A stretch of 64,000 nt of DNA from Polyangiales bacterium (GCA_045106895.1 JBGCFM010000157.1:1-64000), one strand, 5' to 3'. Counted from the stretch's first letter, positions 45,084 to 54,926 are shown. The notes: generated by a model from the letters alone, not told the origin. A program made the numbers and translations.

Positions 45084-46828
45084 CACGAGCCTTCGCTGGA
45101 ATCATCGCGTCCACGGGCACAGCGAGCGCGCCCGTTCATATGCGACAAGCGGTGGAACATGTCGTCCGGCGCTCCGTGACGAACGCTGCTGCGGAACAAA
45201 CACGTCTTCGCTCCGCCATTGAGCGCTCGCGCCGCGAACTCGAAGCCGCCGCGGTGGACCTTCGCAAGTCTGGCTCGGAGGCAGCCCTCGTGTTCGACGC
45301 GCACCTCCTCATGCATGGAGACGCGATGCTGGTGGACGCGGCTCTGGCGCTCATCGAGGAGGACAAGGTCTGCGCCGAGTGGGCCGTGCGCGCCACGGTG
45401 CGAACCATCAAAGCGCCCCTCGAGTCATCGTCGAGTGCTTACTTGCGCGAGCGCGCCACGGACATCGAGCAGGTTGGAAATCACATCGTGCGTGAGCTTC
45501 GAGGCGAACGCTCTCCACAGCCGACGACGCGCTGCGTGGTGGTCGCCGATGAGCTCTCACCAGCCTTCGCGATGGAGCTCATGGCGAACAAGAGCGACAA
45601 GCATGTCGTCGGGGTCGTCACCGAAGGAGGCAGCGCGTCCTCTCATACGGCCATCTTAGCGGCAGCGCTCGGTGTCCCGGCGCTCGTGGGTGTGAGCGGC
45701 ATAACGAAGGCCACGCGGCACGGGCAGGAGGTGCTCGTCGACGCGTTGCGGGGACAAGTCGTCATCGAGCCGAGCGTGCAAGAGAAGAGCGAGGCGCTGG
45801 AGCGTCGTCGTGCGCACCAGCTCTTCAGTGATGCCCTCTTTGCGCGCATCGGAGAGCCCGCCCGGACGCTCGACGGCGTGGACGTCAGCGTCGCCGCGAA
45901 CATTGAGCTCCCCGAGGAAGCCAGCGCTGCTGCGGAGAGTGGAGCGGCCGGCGTTGGGCTCTACCGCACGGAGTTCTTGTTCCTGGCGCGTGACACGTTG
46001 CCAAGCGAGGAAGAGCAGTTCCTCGCCTATCGATCGGTTCTCGCGGGAGCCGACGCGCGGGTCGTATTTCGCGCTCTGGACATCGGCGGCGACAAGCTCC
46101 CGCGCTCAGAGCGGCTTCAAGTCGGGCCGAATCCGGCGCTCGGGCTGCGCTCCATTCGCCTTCTTCTCCGCCGACCGAAGCTTCTCCGCACGCAGGTGCG
46201 AGGGATTCTTCGCGCGGCAACGCTTGGTCCAGCGTCGCTCATGTTTCCTCTCGTCACGAGCGTCGAAGACCTTCAGGCCGCCAAAGCCCTGGTGGCCTCT
46301 TTTCGCGAAGAGCTAGAGGCCGAAGGCGTGCGCTGCGGTCCACTGCCCATCGGCGCGATGGTGGAGGTCCCGGCGGCGGCCCTTCAAGTAAGCGCGCTCT
46401 GCGCAGAGGCCGCATTTCTGTCCGTGGGCACGAACGACTTGGTTCAGTACACCCTCGCCGCGGACCGTGGCAATCCAGACATGGCGAAGAGCGCGAGCGC
46501 CCTTCACCCCGCCGTGATTCGGCTTCTCGCGCTGGTCGCGGAGGAGTCCACTGTACCCGTCTCCGTGTGCGGGGAAATGGCCGGCGACCCTTTGGCCATG
46601 CCTCTGCTTCTGGGACTCGGCTACCGCAGCCTCTCCGTGCCTCCACTTCGCGTTCCCCTCGTCGCTGAGGTCGTTCGCCGCAGTGAGATGAGCGTGCTTG
46701 AGCGAATCGCCACCGAGTGCCGAGCCGCAGCGACGACGGAGGGGGTACGCGCGCATCTCCGTGGACAACTCCGTGCCAGCCTCGGCGAACTCTGGTCGGG
46801 CGCGAACCTTCTTTCCGGAAACGACTAG
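45080..46828 (+). CDS. ptsI: PEP-protein phosphotransferase (enzyme I)
   Basis: GGSASSHTAIL, GLYRTEFLF, NPALGLRSIR, GTNDLVQY and VCGEMAGD. ATGA overlap with HPr. Confidence 0.95.
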   Translation: MTRAFAGIIASTGTASAPVHMRQAVEHVVRRSVTNAAAEQTRLRSAIERSRRELEAAAVDLRKSGSEAALVFDAHLLMHGDAMLVDAALALIEEDKVCAEWAVRATVRTIKAPLESSSSAYLRERATDIEQVGNHIVRELRGERSPQPTTRCVVVADELSPAFAMELMANKSDKHVVGVVTEGGSASSHTAILAAALGVPALVGVSGITKATRHGQEVLVDALRGQVVIEPSVQEKSEALERRRAHQLFSDALFARIGEPARTLDGVDVSVAANIELPEEASAAAESGAAGVGLYRTEFLFLARDTLPSEEEQFLAYRSVLAGADARVVFRALDIGGDKLPRSERLQVGPNPALGLRSIRLLLRRPKLLRTQVRGILRAATLGPASLMFPLVTSVEDLQAAKALVASFREELEAEGVRCGPLPIGAMVEVPAAALQVSALCAEAAFLSVGTNDLVQYTLAADRGNPDMAKSASALHPAVIRLLALVAEESTVPVSVCGEMAGDPLAMPLLLGLGYRSLSVPPLRVPLVAEVVRRSEMSVLERIATECRAAATTEGVRAHLRGQLRASLGELWSGANLLSGND

Positions 46829-47358
46829 TTCGAAACACCGATGGTTGGCGGTGCCACGGTCTCGCCAATTCCGCCTCGCGAGAGCGCCTCTTCGCGCAGG
46901 TTCGGCAGGGTGTTGGTATTCGGAAAACCGACATGGCGACCAACCTCGAGACCACGGGCGTCGAGCATGATCAGCGTTGGAACGACATCGATGGAGCCTA
47001 GAGGACTCGTCCCTTGATGAACGTTTTGTTCGGGATCGTAGGTCATCGGGAAGGGCGGCTCGAGCGCATGCTCGTACGCATCGATGAGCGCCGCCGCGTC
47101 AGGTTGCGCAGCCACACCGAGGACGTGTACGTCTTCGTGGGCTCGTGCAAAACGGGAGACGGGGCGAAGAGCGGCTTGGCTTACGCCGTCCCAAGTGGCG
47201 AAAACAAAGAGCAGGAGCGGTTGTCCGCGGAGGTCACCGATGTGAATCCAGTCGCCATCGGGGGTGCGAAGGGTCATCTCCAACGCTCGCTCTTCTTGGG
47301 CGGGATTCGACGTCCCCACGGAGCCCATGCCGCCTCCACAAGCGGCAAGCAAGAGCAC
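46825..47358 (-). CDS. TlpA-like thioredoxin-fold lipoprotein lacking CxxC
   Basis: Lipobox LAAC, DLRGQPLLLFVFATWDGVS and VPTLIMLD. Start is uncertain. Confidence 0.65.
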   Translation of the reverse strand: MLLLAACGGGMGSVGTSNPAQEERALEMTLRTPDGDWIHIGDLRGQPLLLFVFATWDGVSQAALRPVSRFARAHEDVHVLGVAAQPDAAALIDAYEHALEPPFPMTYDPEQNVHQGTSPLGSIDVVPTLIMLDARGLEVGRHVGFPNTNTLPNLREEALSRGGIGETVAPPTIGVSN

Positions 47359-47377
47359 CAGAGCGGAGAGCAGCCGG

Positions 47378-48001
47378 CTAGCTCTTTTGGCCGACGAAGT
47401 GATCGGCTTTGTCCTTGAAGAGGGCGTTGAACGTGGTCAGCGAGCCGTAGCAGCCCGTCACGTACTGCTGTAGCTGCACTTTTTCGTCGGCGCTGAGCTT
47501 CTTGTTGCTGTTGATCTTGGACTCGAGCACGCGAAGCTTGTCGCGTACTTGAACGATTTTTCGGAAGAAGATGTCCACGGGGATGCTCTTCTCTGCGGTG
47601 CCTTCGCGACCCGGCTTAATGGTCAGTTCGCCGCCGGCCCAACGGTCGCCGATTTTCGTATCGCGAACGCCGAGTTCGTCGAGGAGGACCTCGCGAAGCA
47701 CCTGTCGAAATTCATCCTGGTCCATGTCTATTCCGATCTCCGAAGGAATGGTCGGCCGCACCTCCACGCTCTCGCTCGCGTCACGACGAGGCCGAGGCGA
47801 GCCTGCGGCGCGCTTGCGTTTGAGTGAGCCTGAAAATGATTCGCCAATACGCTTGTAGCTAGAGCACGTGGATGTGTCTTTGAGCGGCGATGGCCAGCAG
47901 CCAAGGCGACAGTCGCCCGTCGCCGCGCCGTCTTCGTCGCGCCGTAGACTGACGAAGAAGCCACACGTTCCACAGCGTCCGTCCAGATCACGCTCGCTCA
48001 T
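47378..48001 (-). CDS. Hypothetical protein with an N-terminal Cys cluster and a helical C-terminal domain
   Basis: CGTC...C...C...C, then WAGG...IPVDIFFRKIVQVRDKLRVLE...QQYVTGCYGSLTTFN. Confidence 0.7.
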   Translation of the reverse strand: MSERDLDGRCGTCGFFVSLRRDEDGAATGDCRLGCWPSPLKDTSTCSSYKRIGESFSGSLKRKRAAGSPRPRRDASESVEVRPTIPSEIGIDMDQDEFRQVLREVLLDELGVRDTKIGDRWAGGELTIKPGREGTAEKSIPVDIFFRKIVQVRDKLRVLESKINSNKKLSADEKVQLQQYVTGCYGSLTTFNALFKDKADHFVGQKS

Positions 48002-48036
48002 CGCATCACTCGCATCGGGGGGGACCATAGCACGCA

Positions 48037-49299
48037 CTACTTCGAGCGTCGCCGCCGTCGACGCCACCACCAGAAGCCGAGGCCGAAGGCCAATACAGCG
48101 CCTGCGCCGGCGGCCCACCAGAGCATTTCGCGCGGATTTATCGGGGCTTCTTCGGTGGAGATGGGGCCACTCGAGCCTCCCCCGGCGCACCGCCAGGCTT
48201 CGCCTTGGTGGAACGCGCAGTCTTCGATGTGGCTTCCGTCCGGCTGGATGACGGCGATTTGGACTTCGTCTCCAACGAGGTCGACGCGGAGGTAGTGATA
48301 GGCCGGGACGAAGGCGAGCTGACCTTCGATTCGGTTGTTTGGGTAGTAGAGAGGTGCGCCGCCGCCTCCGCTGACGATGTACTTGTAGCCGTCGCGGTCG
48401 CCGCGCTCATACATGTGATCGTGACCGGAGAACACGAGGTCGACCCCCGCGTCACGCAACATCTCCACGACGCCATTTTCCTGCATGCCTTCATGGCCGC
48501 CGTGGGGGCCACTGCTCAGCGGGGCGTGGTGGAGAACGACAAAGGTGAAGCGAGCATCGGTGTCTTGGGCGAGGGTCTCCCGAAGCCAAGCGAGCTGCGG
48601 TGACGCTGCGTCCCATTCCTCGTTGGAGTCGAGGGCAATGACGCGAACGGGCCCGTAGTTCGACGTGTAGTAGGCCGCGTTGCGAAGCGGCGGCCGAAAG
48701 TGCCGCGCGTAGTTGTTCGCGCCGCCGGGGCCGTAGAGTTCGTGGTTTCCCAGCGAAGGAAAGAGCGGATGATGCCGAAGGAATTCGCGAGCGATGTCGA
48801 AGTACGCATCCCAGTCACGAGGACGGCCTCCCATCTCGACCATGTCACCGGTGTGCAGCAGAAAACGAACGCCTTCTTCTTGCTCCATCACTTCAACCAC
48901 GGCGCGATGAACCTCGTGCTGCGTGCGATTGTCTCCGTACACCAAGAACGAAAGGTCGCTCTCGACGGGGGGCGCGGTTCGAAAGGAACCGGACTGCGCT
49001 AGGGACCCGCTCACAACCTCCACTTGGTAGGTCGTGTCGGGCTCCAGTCCACGGAACATGGCGTTGCCGATGGAGCGACCATCTCGTCGCCACGGCCGGG
49101 TCTCGATGGTCTGGGTCAGGTCATCGCCCAGGCGAATGGTCAACGACGTCGGGGACTCGCTCTCCACCATCACCCGCGCCTCGGTTTGACTGACCTCGAG
49201 GAAGTAGGGGCCTTTGCTGATGGCGACATCCGCATCCGCGTGACTGGCCCACCCGAGGCAGGCTAGGGCAACGCATCCGAGCAGCGCGAACCGGTTCAT
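48037..49299 (-). CDS. Secreted, C-terminally anchored purple acid phosphatase-like metallophosphoesterase
   Basis: Signal peptide, FN3-like region, YGD, HTGDMV, LGNHE and SGHDH; C-terminal TM followed by poly-Arg. Confidence 0.88.
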   Translation of the reverse strand: MNRFALLGCVALACLGWASHADADVAISKGPYFLEVSQTEARVMVESESPTSLTIRLGDDLTQTIETRPWRRDGRSIGNAMFRGLEPDTTYQVEVVSGSLAQSGSFRTAPPVESDLSFLVYGDNRTQHEVHRAVVEVMEQEEGVRFLLHTGDMVEMGGRPRDWDAYFDIAREFLRHHPLFPSLGNHELYGPGGANNYARHFRPPLRNAAYYTSNYGPVRVIALDSNEEWDAASPQLAWLRETLAQDTDARFTFVVLHHAPLSSGPHGGHEGMQENGVVEMLRDAGVDLVFSGHDHMYERGDRDGYKYIVSGGGGAPLYYPNNRIEGQLAFVPAYHYLRVDLVGDEVQIAVIQPDGSHIEDCAFHQGEAWRCAGGGSSGPISTEEAPINPREMLWWAAGAGAVLAFGLGFWWWRRRRRRSK

Positions 49300-49365
49300 G
49301 CGCAGTGCTTAACACACTTTGGCTGCATCTTCCGCGACGGGGCCGCGCCTGAGCTATAGAAGAGT

Positions 49366-50190
49366 ATGCGCACCCTAAAGAAGCGCCTCGATAAGCTCGT
49401 GGCGAGCACGGACGGCGCGTCCCGTCGTGAGGCGGACCCCGTGGCCTTCGTTCATCGATATGACGACCCGCGGGACCAGGAGCTTGTCGGTCTCCTCGCG
49501 GCGTCCCTCGCCTTCGGCAACATCAAGGCGGTGCAGCGCAGCGTATCTCGGGTCTTGGAGGTCCTTGGTGAACGTCCCAGTGAGGGCGCCGCGATGGGCC
49601 GAGATCGCCTTCGGCGGCGACTACGCGGATTTGTGCACCGCGTCTACAAGGGGCCGGACGTGGCGGCGCTCATGCACAACGCCGCCAGGCTCCAGGAAGA
49701 ACATGGGAGTCTCGGTGAGTTTTTTGCGACCTCCCTCGAAGAGCAAGGTGCGCTTCGGCCCGCGCTCTCCCTCTTCGCGGCGGAGCTTCGTGGCGCGCGG
49801 GCCGGTCGAGGGCTCCGGCATCTGGTGCCGAATCCCGAGGCAGGGAGCGCGTGCAAGCGCCTCTTGCTCTATCTCCGTTGGATGGTGCGGCCTGCGGACG
49901 GCGTCGACCTCGGTCTGTGGCCTCTGGCGCCTTCGGTGCTCTTGATCCCCGTCGACACCCATGTGCTTCGCATTGCTCGCAACCTACGGCTCACGGATCG
50001 CAAAGATGCCAGCTGGAGAACGTCGGAAGAGATCACGGAAACGCTGCGCCTCTTCGACCCCACCGACCCCGTGAAATACGACTTCGCGATCTGTCACCTC
50101 GGGGTTTCCAGCGCCTGTCCGTCTCAGCGGGACACAACCAACTGCGCGTCCTGTGTGTTGAAGCCGGTGTGCCGTCACTGGGAGCTCTAG
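49366..50190 (+). CDS. TIGR02757 family protein (HhH-GPD-like) with a C-terminal Cys cluster
   Basis: DPVAFVHRY, SACKRLLLYLRWMVR, IPVDTHV, DPVKYDFAI and CxxCx5C. Confidence 0.85.
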   Translation: MRTLKKRLDKLVASTDGASRREADPVAFVHRYDDPRDQELVGLLAASLAFGNIKAVQRSVSRVLEVLGERPSEGAAMGRDRLRRRLRGFVHRVYKGPDVAALMHNAARLQEEHGSLGEFFATSLEEQGALRPALSLFAAELRGARAGRGLRHLVPNPEAGSACKRLLLYLRWMVRPADGVDLGLWPLAPSVLLIPVDTHVLRIARNLRLTDRKDASWRTSEEITETLRLFDPTDPVKYDFAICHLGVSSACPSQRDTTNCASCVLKPVCRHWEL

Positions 50191-52712
50191 AGCGCGCTGA
50201 GGAGCGCTCCGAGTTCTTCGTGCAAGTCCCGAACGCCGGCTTCGTCCACAACGCTGACGCGGCCCCTTTCAATGCGGAGCAGGCCCATGTTCTTGAATGC
50301 CTTGAGCGCGCCTTCGAGCTTTGGGTTGCTGATGGCTTCGCGGAGCTCGATCTCGCCGGCTAGATACATGCGCTGGCCCCAGTCCATGGAACGTTTGAGC
50401 CACTCCTTTTCCATGAGCCCGTCGTTCTCTTGGCAGCTGCGCAAGGCCAGCCGGTAACACTCCAGGTAGGAGCGAAGCATCTCTGCGTGCAGGCGCGCGC
50501 GCTCTCCCGGCTTTCCGCCGGCGCAGCGGTAGGTATTGTCACGGGCCTCTACATCGCCTTCGTTCGTCATGAGCGCGAGAGTCGCGTCGAGGATCTCCGA
50601 AAGCGGAGCGTCGGCGCGGTACATGAACTCGTACTTGAACACCCGCGAGAGCCTAAGCATTTGCGCCTCGAGCTCCTGCCGTCCGAGGGGCGCGGGCTCC
50701 TTTAAGAGGATCGCCGAGGTGAGGGCGCGCGGCACGAAGAAGTGCAGGACGTTGTTCTTGTAGTACTCCAGTGCCATTCGCCGCTGGTCGGGGACCTGGT
50801 AGACGACGGCGTCTCCCGAAGCGCGGCGGATAAGTCCCGAGTCGAGGAAGAGCGCCACGGCTTCCATCAAGGTGTCGCGTCGCAGCTCTCCCCCGGAGTC
50901 ACGGATCGCGACGGCGCTCTGAGCGCCCGCGCTCTCCAAGCTCTCGAGGATGGTGGCGCAGCGCGCGTAGAGATCGCCGTCGCTCATCGCGCGGCGGCGG
51001 TGTGCCAGGAGGGTGGTGGCCACGAGCGCGGCGGGCGTGACGACGGTGACGCGGTTGATCTCGTAGCTGACTCGGTGGGCAAGCTCCTGAACGAGGGCGC
51101 GTTTGTCTTTGGGTTTTTGTAGGTCTCGGCCGTGTTGAAGCTCTTCAAAGGAGAGCACCTCGCCGAACTGAACGTAGAGTCGCCCGTACTTGCTGCGCAG
51201 CACCTTGGGCGTTCGGAGCAGTCCACCGACGCTCTCGCTTTCTTTCTCTCCGCCGCTCAGCTCATGAACGTAGGAGCGCTCTTCAACGATCCGCTCATAA
51301 CCGATGGACACGGGGACGAACTTCACGTCGCGCAGAGGCGTCTTCGCCGCGGCGTCGATGACCATCGAGAGCAAGCCGAGCTTTGGAGTGAGTAGCTTCC
51401 CCGTTCGTGAGCGTCCGCCCTCGATGAAGAACTCCATCGCGTGTCCCGTCGCGAGGAGCTTGCGCATGTAGGCGTCCACCAGAGCTGCGTAGAGCCGCTT
51501 GCCGCGGAAGCTGCGCTTGATGAAGAACGCGCCACCACGGCGAAGGAGCGGGCCCAAAGGGAAGAACGACAGGTTCTCGCCCGCGGCGATGAGGGGAGGC
51601 GCGAGCGCGCGTTGATGAAGCACGTAGCTCAAGACGAGGTAGTCGACGTGGCTCTTGTGGCTCGGCAAGAAGACGAGGGTCCCGTCTCGGGCGGCATCAC
51701 GGATGCGTCCCACGCCCTCTTCGTCGACAACAATGCCGTCATAGATTCGCCGAAAGACCCAGCCGAGAAAACGTCCCAGGAGGCCAATCATCCACGGTTG
51801 CTGGTCGGCGGCGAGGCGTCCCAGCATCTTTCGCGCTTCCTTTTCTACGCGTGCTTCGCTCGTCTCTTCGCTTCGGGCGCGGCCTCGGATGTGCGTACGA
51901 ACGCGCGGGCTCCGGAGCAGCTCCTCTTTGATGCGGCCCGTCGTTTTCTTGGTGGGGCCAACCACGAGGCGCCGCTCGCGCTCCATGATGCGGAGAAGCG
52001 CATAGCGGACTTTGTCCGCCATCTGGGCGTCGGTGAGATCGAGTCGTTCCGCCATGAACGCGCGAAGATCCAAGGGCTCGCCGCTGCGTAGGCGCACGTT
52101 CCGATAGTTGAAGAGGAAACGAAAGAACGTTCGAATTCGGCCCGGCCACTCGATGGGTCCGAAGAAGAGATCGACGAAACCACGTTTCTGCGACGGAGGA
52201 CGCAGATTCCAAACGAAGGTCTGCGGCTGAAGAATCAGCGCCTCGTCCATCCGCCGCTGCGCTTCGATGAGTGTGCGGATGAGGTCCGTGTCGAGCTCGC
52301 CCCCGCGACGCGAGTGGCGTCCAAAGCGAGGAGGACGCCGCAGAAAAAGAAGCGCGCTACCTTTCTGTGTGACCACATCTGAGAGCGCGCGATCTTCTGG
52401 TTGCTGCGGCTCGAGGCGCATTCGCCGGATGCCTTTTCCGAAGGGTTCCAGCACACCAAGGCCGAGGTCGTTCACGAAGCGAACGAGGGGCAGGGCGAAG
52501 CGTGTCAGAAGCGCGTGAAGACAGAAGAAGTCCAGGAAAGACAGGGACCTCATGACGTAGACGACAACGCCACCGCGGGCGGATTGACGAACACGCTGGG
52601 TCCACTTCTCATCGACTTTGATGTCCGCAAAGAAGCGTCGCGCGGCCCAACGAAGAAGCGGGCCGGGCCGATAAGGTCGCGCCATCGCGTTTTTCTGCAA
52701 ATCGGCGCTCAT
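50187..52712 (-). CDS. plsB: Glycerol-3-phosphate O-acyltransferase (PlsB-like)
   Basis: PSHKSHVDYL (HX4D), AAGENL, GAFFIKR, FFIEGGRSRTG and VPVSIGYE. Confidence 0.85.
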   Translation of the reverse strand: MSADLQKNAMARPYRPGPLLRWAARRFFADIKVDEKWTQRVRQSARGGVVVYVMRSLSFLDFFCLHALLTRFALPLVRFVNDLGLGVLEPFGKGIRRMRLEPQQPEDRALSDVVTQKGSALLFLRRPPRFGRHSRRGGELDTDLIRTLIEAQRRMDEALILQPQTFVWNLRPPSQKRGFVDLFFGPIEWPGRIRTFFRFLFNYRNVRLRSGEPLDLRAFMAERLDLTDAQMADKVRYALLRIMERERRLVVGPTKKTTGRIKEELLRSPRVRTHIRGRARSEETSEARVEKEARKMLGRLAADQQPWMIGLLGRFLGWVFRRIYDGIVVDEEGVGRIRDAARDGTLVFLPSHKSHVDYLVLSYVLHQRALAPPLIAAGENLSFFPLGPLLRRGGAFFIKRSFRGKRLYAALVDAYMRKLLATGHAMEFFIEGGRSRTGKLLTPKLGLLSMVIDAAAKTPLRDVKFVPVSIGYERIVEERSYVHELSGGEKESESVGGLLRTPKVLRSKYGRLYVQFGEVLSFEELQHGRDLQKPKDKRALVQELAHRVSYEINRVTVVTPAALVATTLLAHRRRAMSDGDLYARCATILESLESAGAQSAVAIRDSGGELRRDTLMEAVALFLDSGLIRRASGDAVVYQVPDQRRMALEYYKNNVLHFFVPRALTSAILLKEPAPLGRQELEAQMLRLSRVFKYEFMYRADAPLSEILDATLALMTNEGDVEARDNTYRCAGGKPGERARLHAEMLRSYLECYRLALRSCQENDGLMEKEWLKRSMDWGQRMYLAGEIELREAISNPKLEGALKAFKNMGLLRIERGRVSVVDEAGVRDLHEELGALLSAL

Positions 52713-52802
52713 TCCGGCGGACTCTAGCAGTTTTTGGCTGATTTCCAGGACTTCCGGCCTGTTCCTGTCCTTCTCTTCGGGTCCTGCCCTTCGCGGGCAG
52801 CC

Positions 52803-52831
52803 TTGACACTCCTCAGGAGCCCGGCTAAGAG
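52803..52831 (+). promoter_or_regulatory. Sigma70 promoter of rplM-rpsI
   Basis: TTGACA-N17-TAAGAG. Confidence 0.65.
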
Positions 52832-52903
52832 TCCCGGCCCCAGAGAAGCGGCCGTAGGTGAGCTTGTTTTGGCCAAAGTAACGAGAGTCTAAGAGGTTTT
52901 TTC

Positions 52904-53332
52904 ATGCGCACCGAGAGCGTATCCACCGCCGACATCAACAAAAACTGGTACGTCATTGACGCCACCGATCAGTCCTTGGGCCGACTTGCCTCCCGTGTAG
53001 CCAGCGTGCTCCACGGAAAGCACCGCCCCGAGTTCACGCGTCATTCCGACACAGGCGACTTCGTCGTCGTGATCAACGCGTCGAAGGTCAAGCTGACCGG
53101 CAATAAGTGGGAAGCGAAGAAGTACCAGCACCACAGCGGCTACCCAGGCGGTCTCACGACGGAGGCCTACAAGGACCTCGTCCAGCGGAAGCCCGAGTTC
53201 GTCATCGAGAAGGCCGTCAAAGGCATGCTCCCGAAGACGACCATGGGTCGCCTCCAGCTTCGTCATCTCAAGGTATACGCGGGTGAAACTCACCCCCACG
53301 CGGCGCAGAAGCCTCAGCCGTTCACGTTCTGA
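52904..53332 (+). CDS. rplM: 50S ribosomal protein L13
   Basis: WYVIDA...LGRLAS, DTGDFVVVINA, HSGYPGG and HPHAAQ. Confidence 0.99.
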   Translation: MRTESVSTADINKNWYVIDATDQSLGRLASRVASVLHGKHRPEFTRHSDTGDFVVVINASKVKLTGNKWEAKKYQHHSGYPGGLTTEAYKDLVQRKPEFVIEKAVKGMLPKTTMGRLQLRHLKVYAGETHPHAAQKPQPFTF

Positions 53333-53352
53333 ATAAGAGCTAAGGAAGAAAA

Positions 53353-53763
53353 ATGGTTCAAGCTAAGAAGATCCACAGCCGTTTCTACGGTACCGGTAAG
53401 CGCAAGAACGCGATCGCTCGCGTCTTCCTCAAGCAGGGCGGCTCCGGCGAGATTCGCATCAACGACCGCACCTTCGAGGACTACTTTCCTCGCGACGTGC
53501 TTCGCATGATCATCGGTCAGCCCTTCGAGACCGTCGAGAAGACCGGCGCCTTCGATGTGACCGTCAACGTTTGTGGTGGCGGCGTCGCTTCCCAGGCCGA
53601 GGCTGTTCGTCATGGCATCTCCCGCGCTCTTGTTGGCTTTGACGCCGACCTGAAGCCTGCCCTCAAGCGAGCTGGCCTCCTCACGCGCGACGCTCGTAAG
53701 AAGGAACGTAAGAAGCCCGGTCAGCCCGGCGCTCGTAAGAAGTTCCAGTACTCGAAGCGCTAG
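53353..53763 (+). CDS. rpsI: 30S ribosomal protein S9
   Basis: [12 protein letters not shown] and [14 protein letters not shown]...QYSKR. Confidence 0.99.
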   Translation: MVQAKKIHSRFYGTGKRKNAIARVFLKQGGSGEIRINDRTFEDYFPRDVLRMIIGQPFETVEKTGAFDVTVNVCGGGVASQAEAVRHGISRALVGFDADLKPALKRAGLLTRDARKKERKKPGQPGARKKFQYSKR

Positions 53764-53789
53764 TACTTCGAAGCGCTGGTACCGACCAC

Positions 53790-53829
53790 AACGAAGAACG
53801 GCATCGCTCACGCGGTGCCGTTTTCGTTT
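53790..53829 (+). terminator. Intrinsic terminator after rpsI
   Basis: AACGGCATCGC-TCAC-GCGGTGCCGTT followed by TTCGTTT. Confidence 0.75.
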
Positions 53830-53885
53830 AAGCGCGTGGCATGAATGGCGCGAGCCATCATCGAAAGGTGCGCTATGGTCGGTCG

Positions 53886-54926
53886 ATGACTGAGAGTGCG
53901 CCGGTTGCGGCCATTATCGGAGCGAGTGGCTACGGCGGCGCAGAACTGGTTCGCCTTCTGCTGCGGCACCCCTCGTTTGTCCTTGGCTCGATGTGCGCCC
54001 ATCGCCGCGCGGGTGAAGAGATCGCGAAGGTCATCCCTTCGTTACGCGGCATCGTGGAGGGGGAGTTGCTTCCGATCCGCCCAGACACTTTGGAGTGTGA
54101 TCTCGCGTTCCTGGCCTTGCCACACGGCGCCAGCGCCCCCATCGCCGCGGCACTGCGAGAGCGCGGAAAGGTCGTCATCGACCTTTCCGCGGACTTCCGG
54201 CTCACGGACAAGGCCGTCTACGAAGACTGGTACGGAGAGCATGGCGCCCCGGCGCACTTCGGGCAGGCCGTCTATGGGCTTGTTGAGTTTCACCGCGAAG
54301 CACTCAAGACGGCGGACCTCATCGCCGTCCCCGGTTGTTATCCAACGGCGTCCGCGCTCGCCCTCGGACCTCTCTTGGAAGCCGGGCTCGTCGAGTCCGG
54401 CGGTCTCGTCATCGACGCCAAGAGCGGCGTCAGCGGCGCCGGCCGGAACCCCACATCGGCGACTCATCTGCCAGAGAGCGGCGGGGGCATCCGCGCCTAC
54501 AAACCCGCGAACACCCATCGCCACACGCCCGAGATCGAACAGATGCTCGGTGAGCTCGCCGGCGAGCCGATTCGCCTCACGTTTACTCCTCACCTCGTTC
54601 CGATGAGTCGCGGGATCCTTGTGACGGCATACGCGATGGCGAAACCCGGCACGACGCAAGAGCAATGCATGGCTGCGGCAAAAGAGCGCTATGGAAGCTC
54701 GCCCGTTGTGGACGTCATCGATGATCTGCCGGACACCAATTGGGTGCGAGGGTCCGCACGTGCTCACGTCACCTATCGAGTCGACGCGCACACCGGCCGT
54801 GTTCTCGCCTTCTGCACCATCGACAATCTCCTGAAGGGCGCCGCGGGTCAGGCTCTCCAGGCGGCAAACGTGCGCTACGATATGGGCGAAGGGACGGCGC
54901 TTCGGGACCCCGGGGCTTGGCCTTGA
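53886..54926 (+). CDS. argC: N-acetyl-gamma-glutamyl-phosphate reductase
   Basis: IIGASGYGG, IDLSADFR, PGCYPT, SGVSGAG, HRHTPEI and IDNLLKGAAGQA. Confidence 0.97.
   Translation: MTESAPVAAIIGASGYGGAELVRLLLRHPSFVLGSMCAHRRAGEEIAKVIPSLRGIVEGELLPIRPDTLECDLAFLALPHGASAPIAAALRERGKVVIDLSADFRLTDKAVYEDWYGEHGAPAHFGQAVYGLVEFHREALKTADLIAVPGCYPTASALALGPLLEAGLVESGGLVIDAKSGVSGAGRNPTSATHLPESGGGIRAYKPANTHRHTPEIEQMLGELAGEPIRLTFTPHLVPMSRGILVTAYAMAKPGTTQEQCMAAAKERYGSSPVVDVIDDLPDTNWVRGSARAHVTYRVDAHTGRVLAFCTIDNLLKGAAGQALQAANVRYDMGEGTALRDPGAWP

Noticed and set aside
47170..47200. Possible selenocysteine in the TlpA-like active site
   Set aside because: The codons are GAC (Asp) and AGC (Ser); there is no in-frame TGA.
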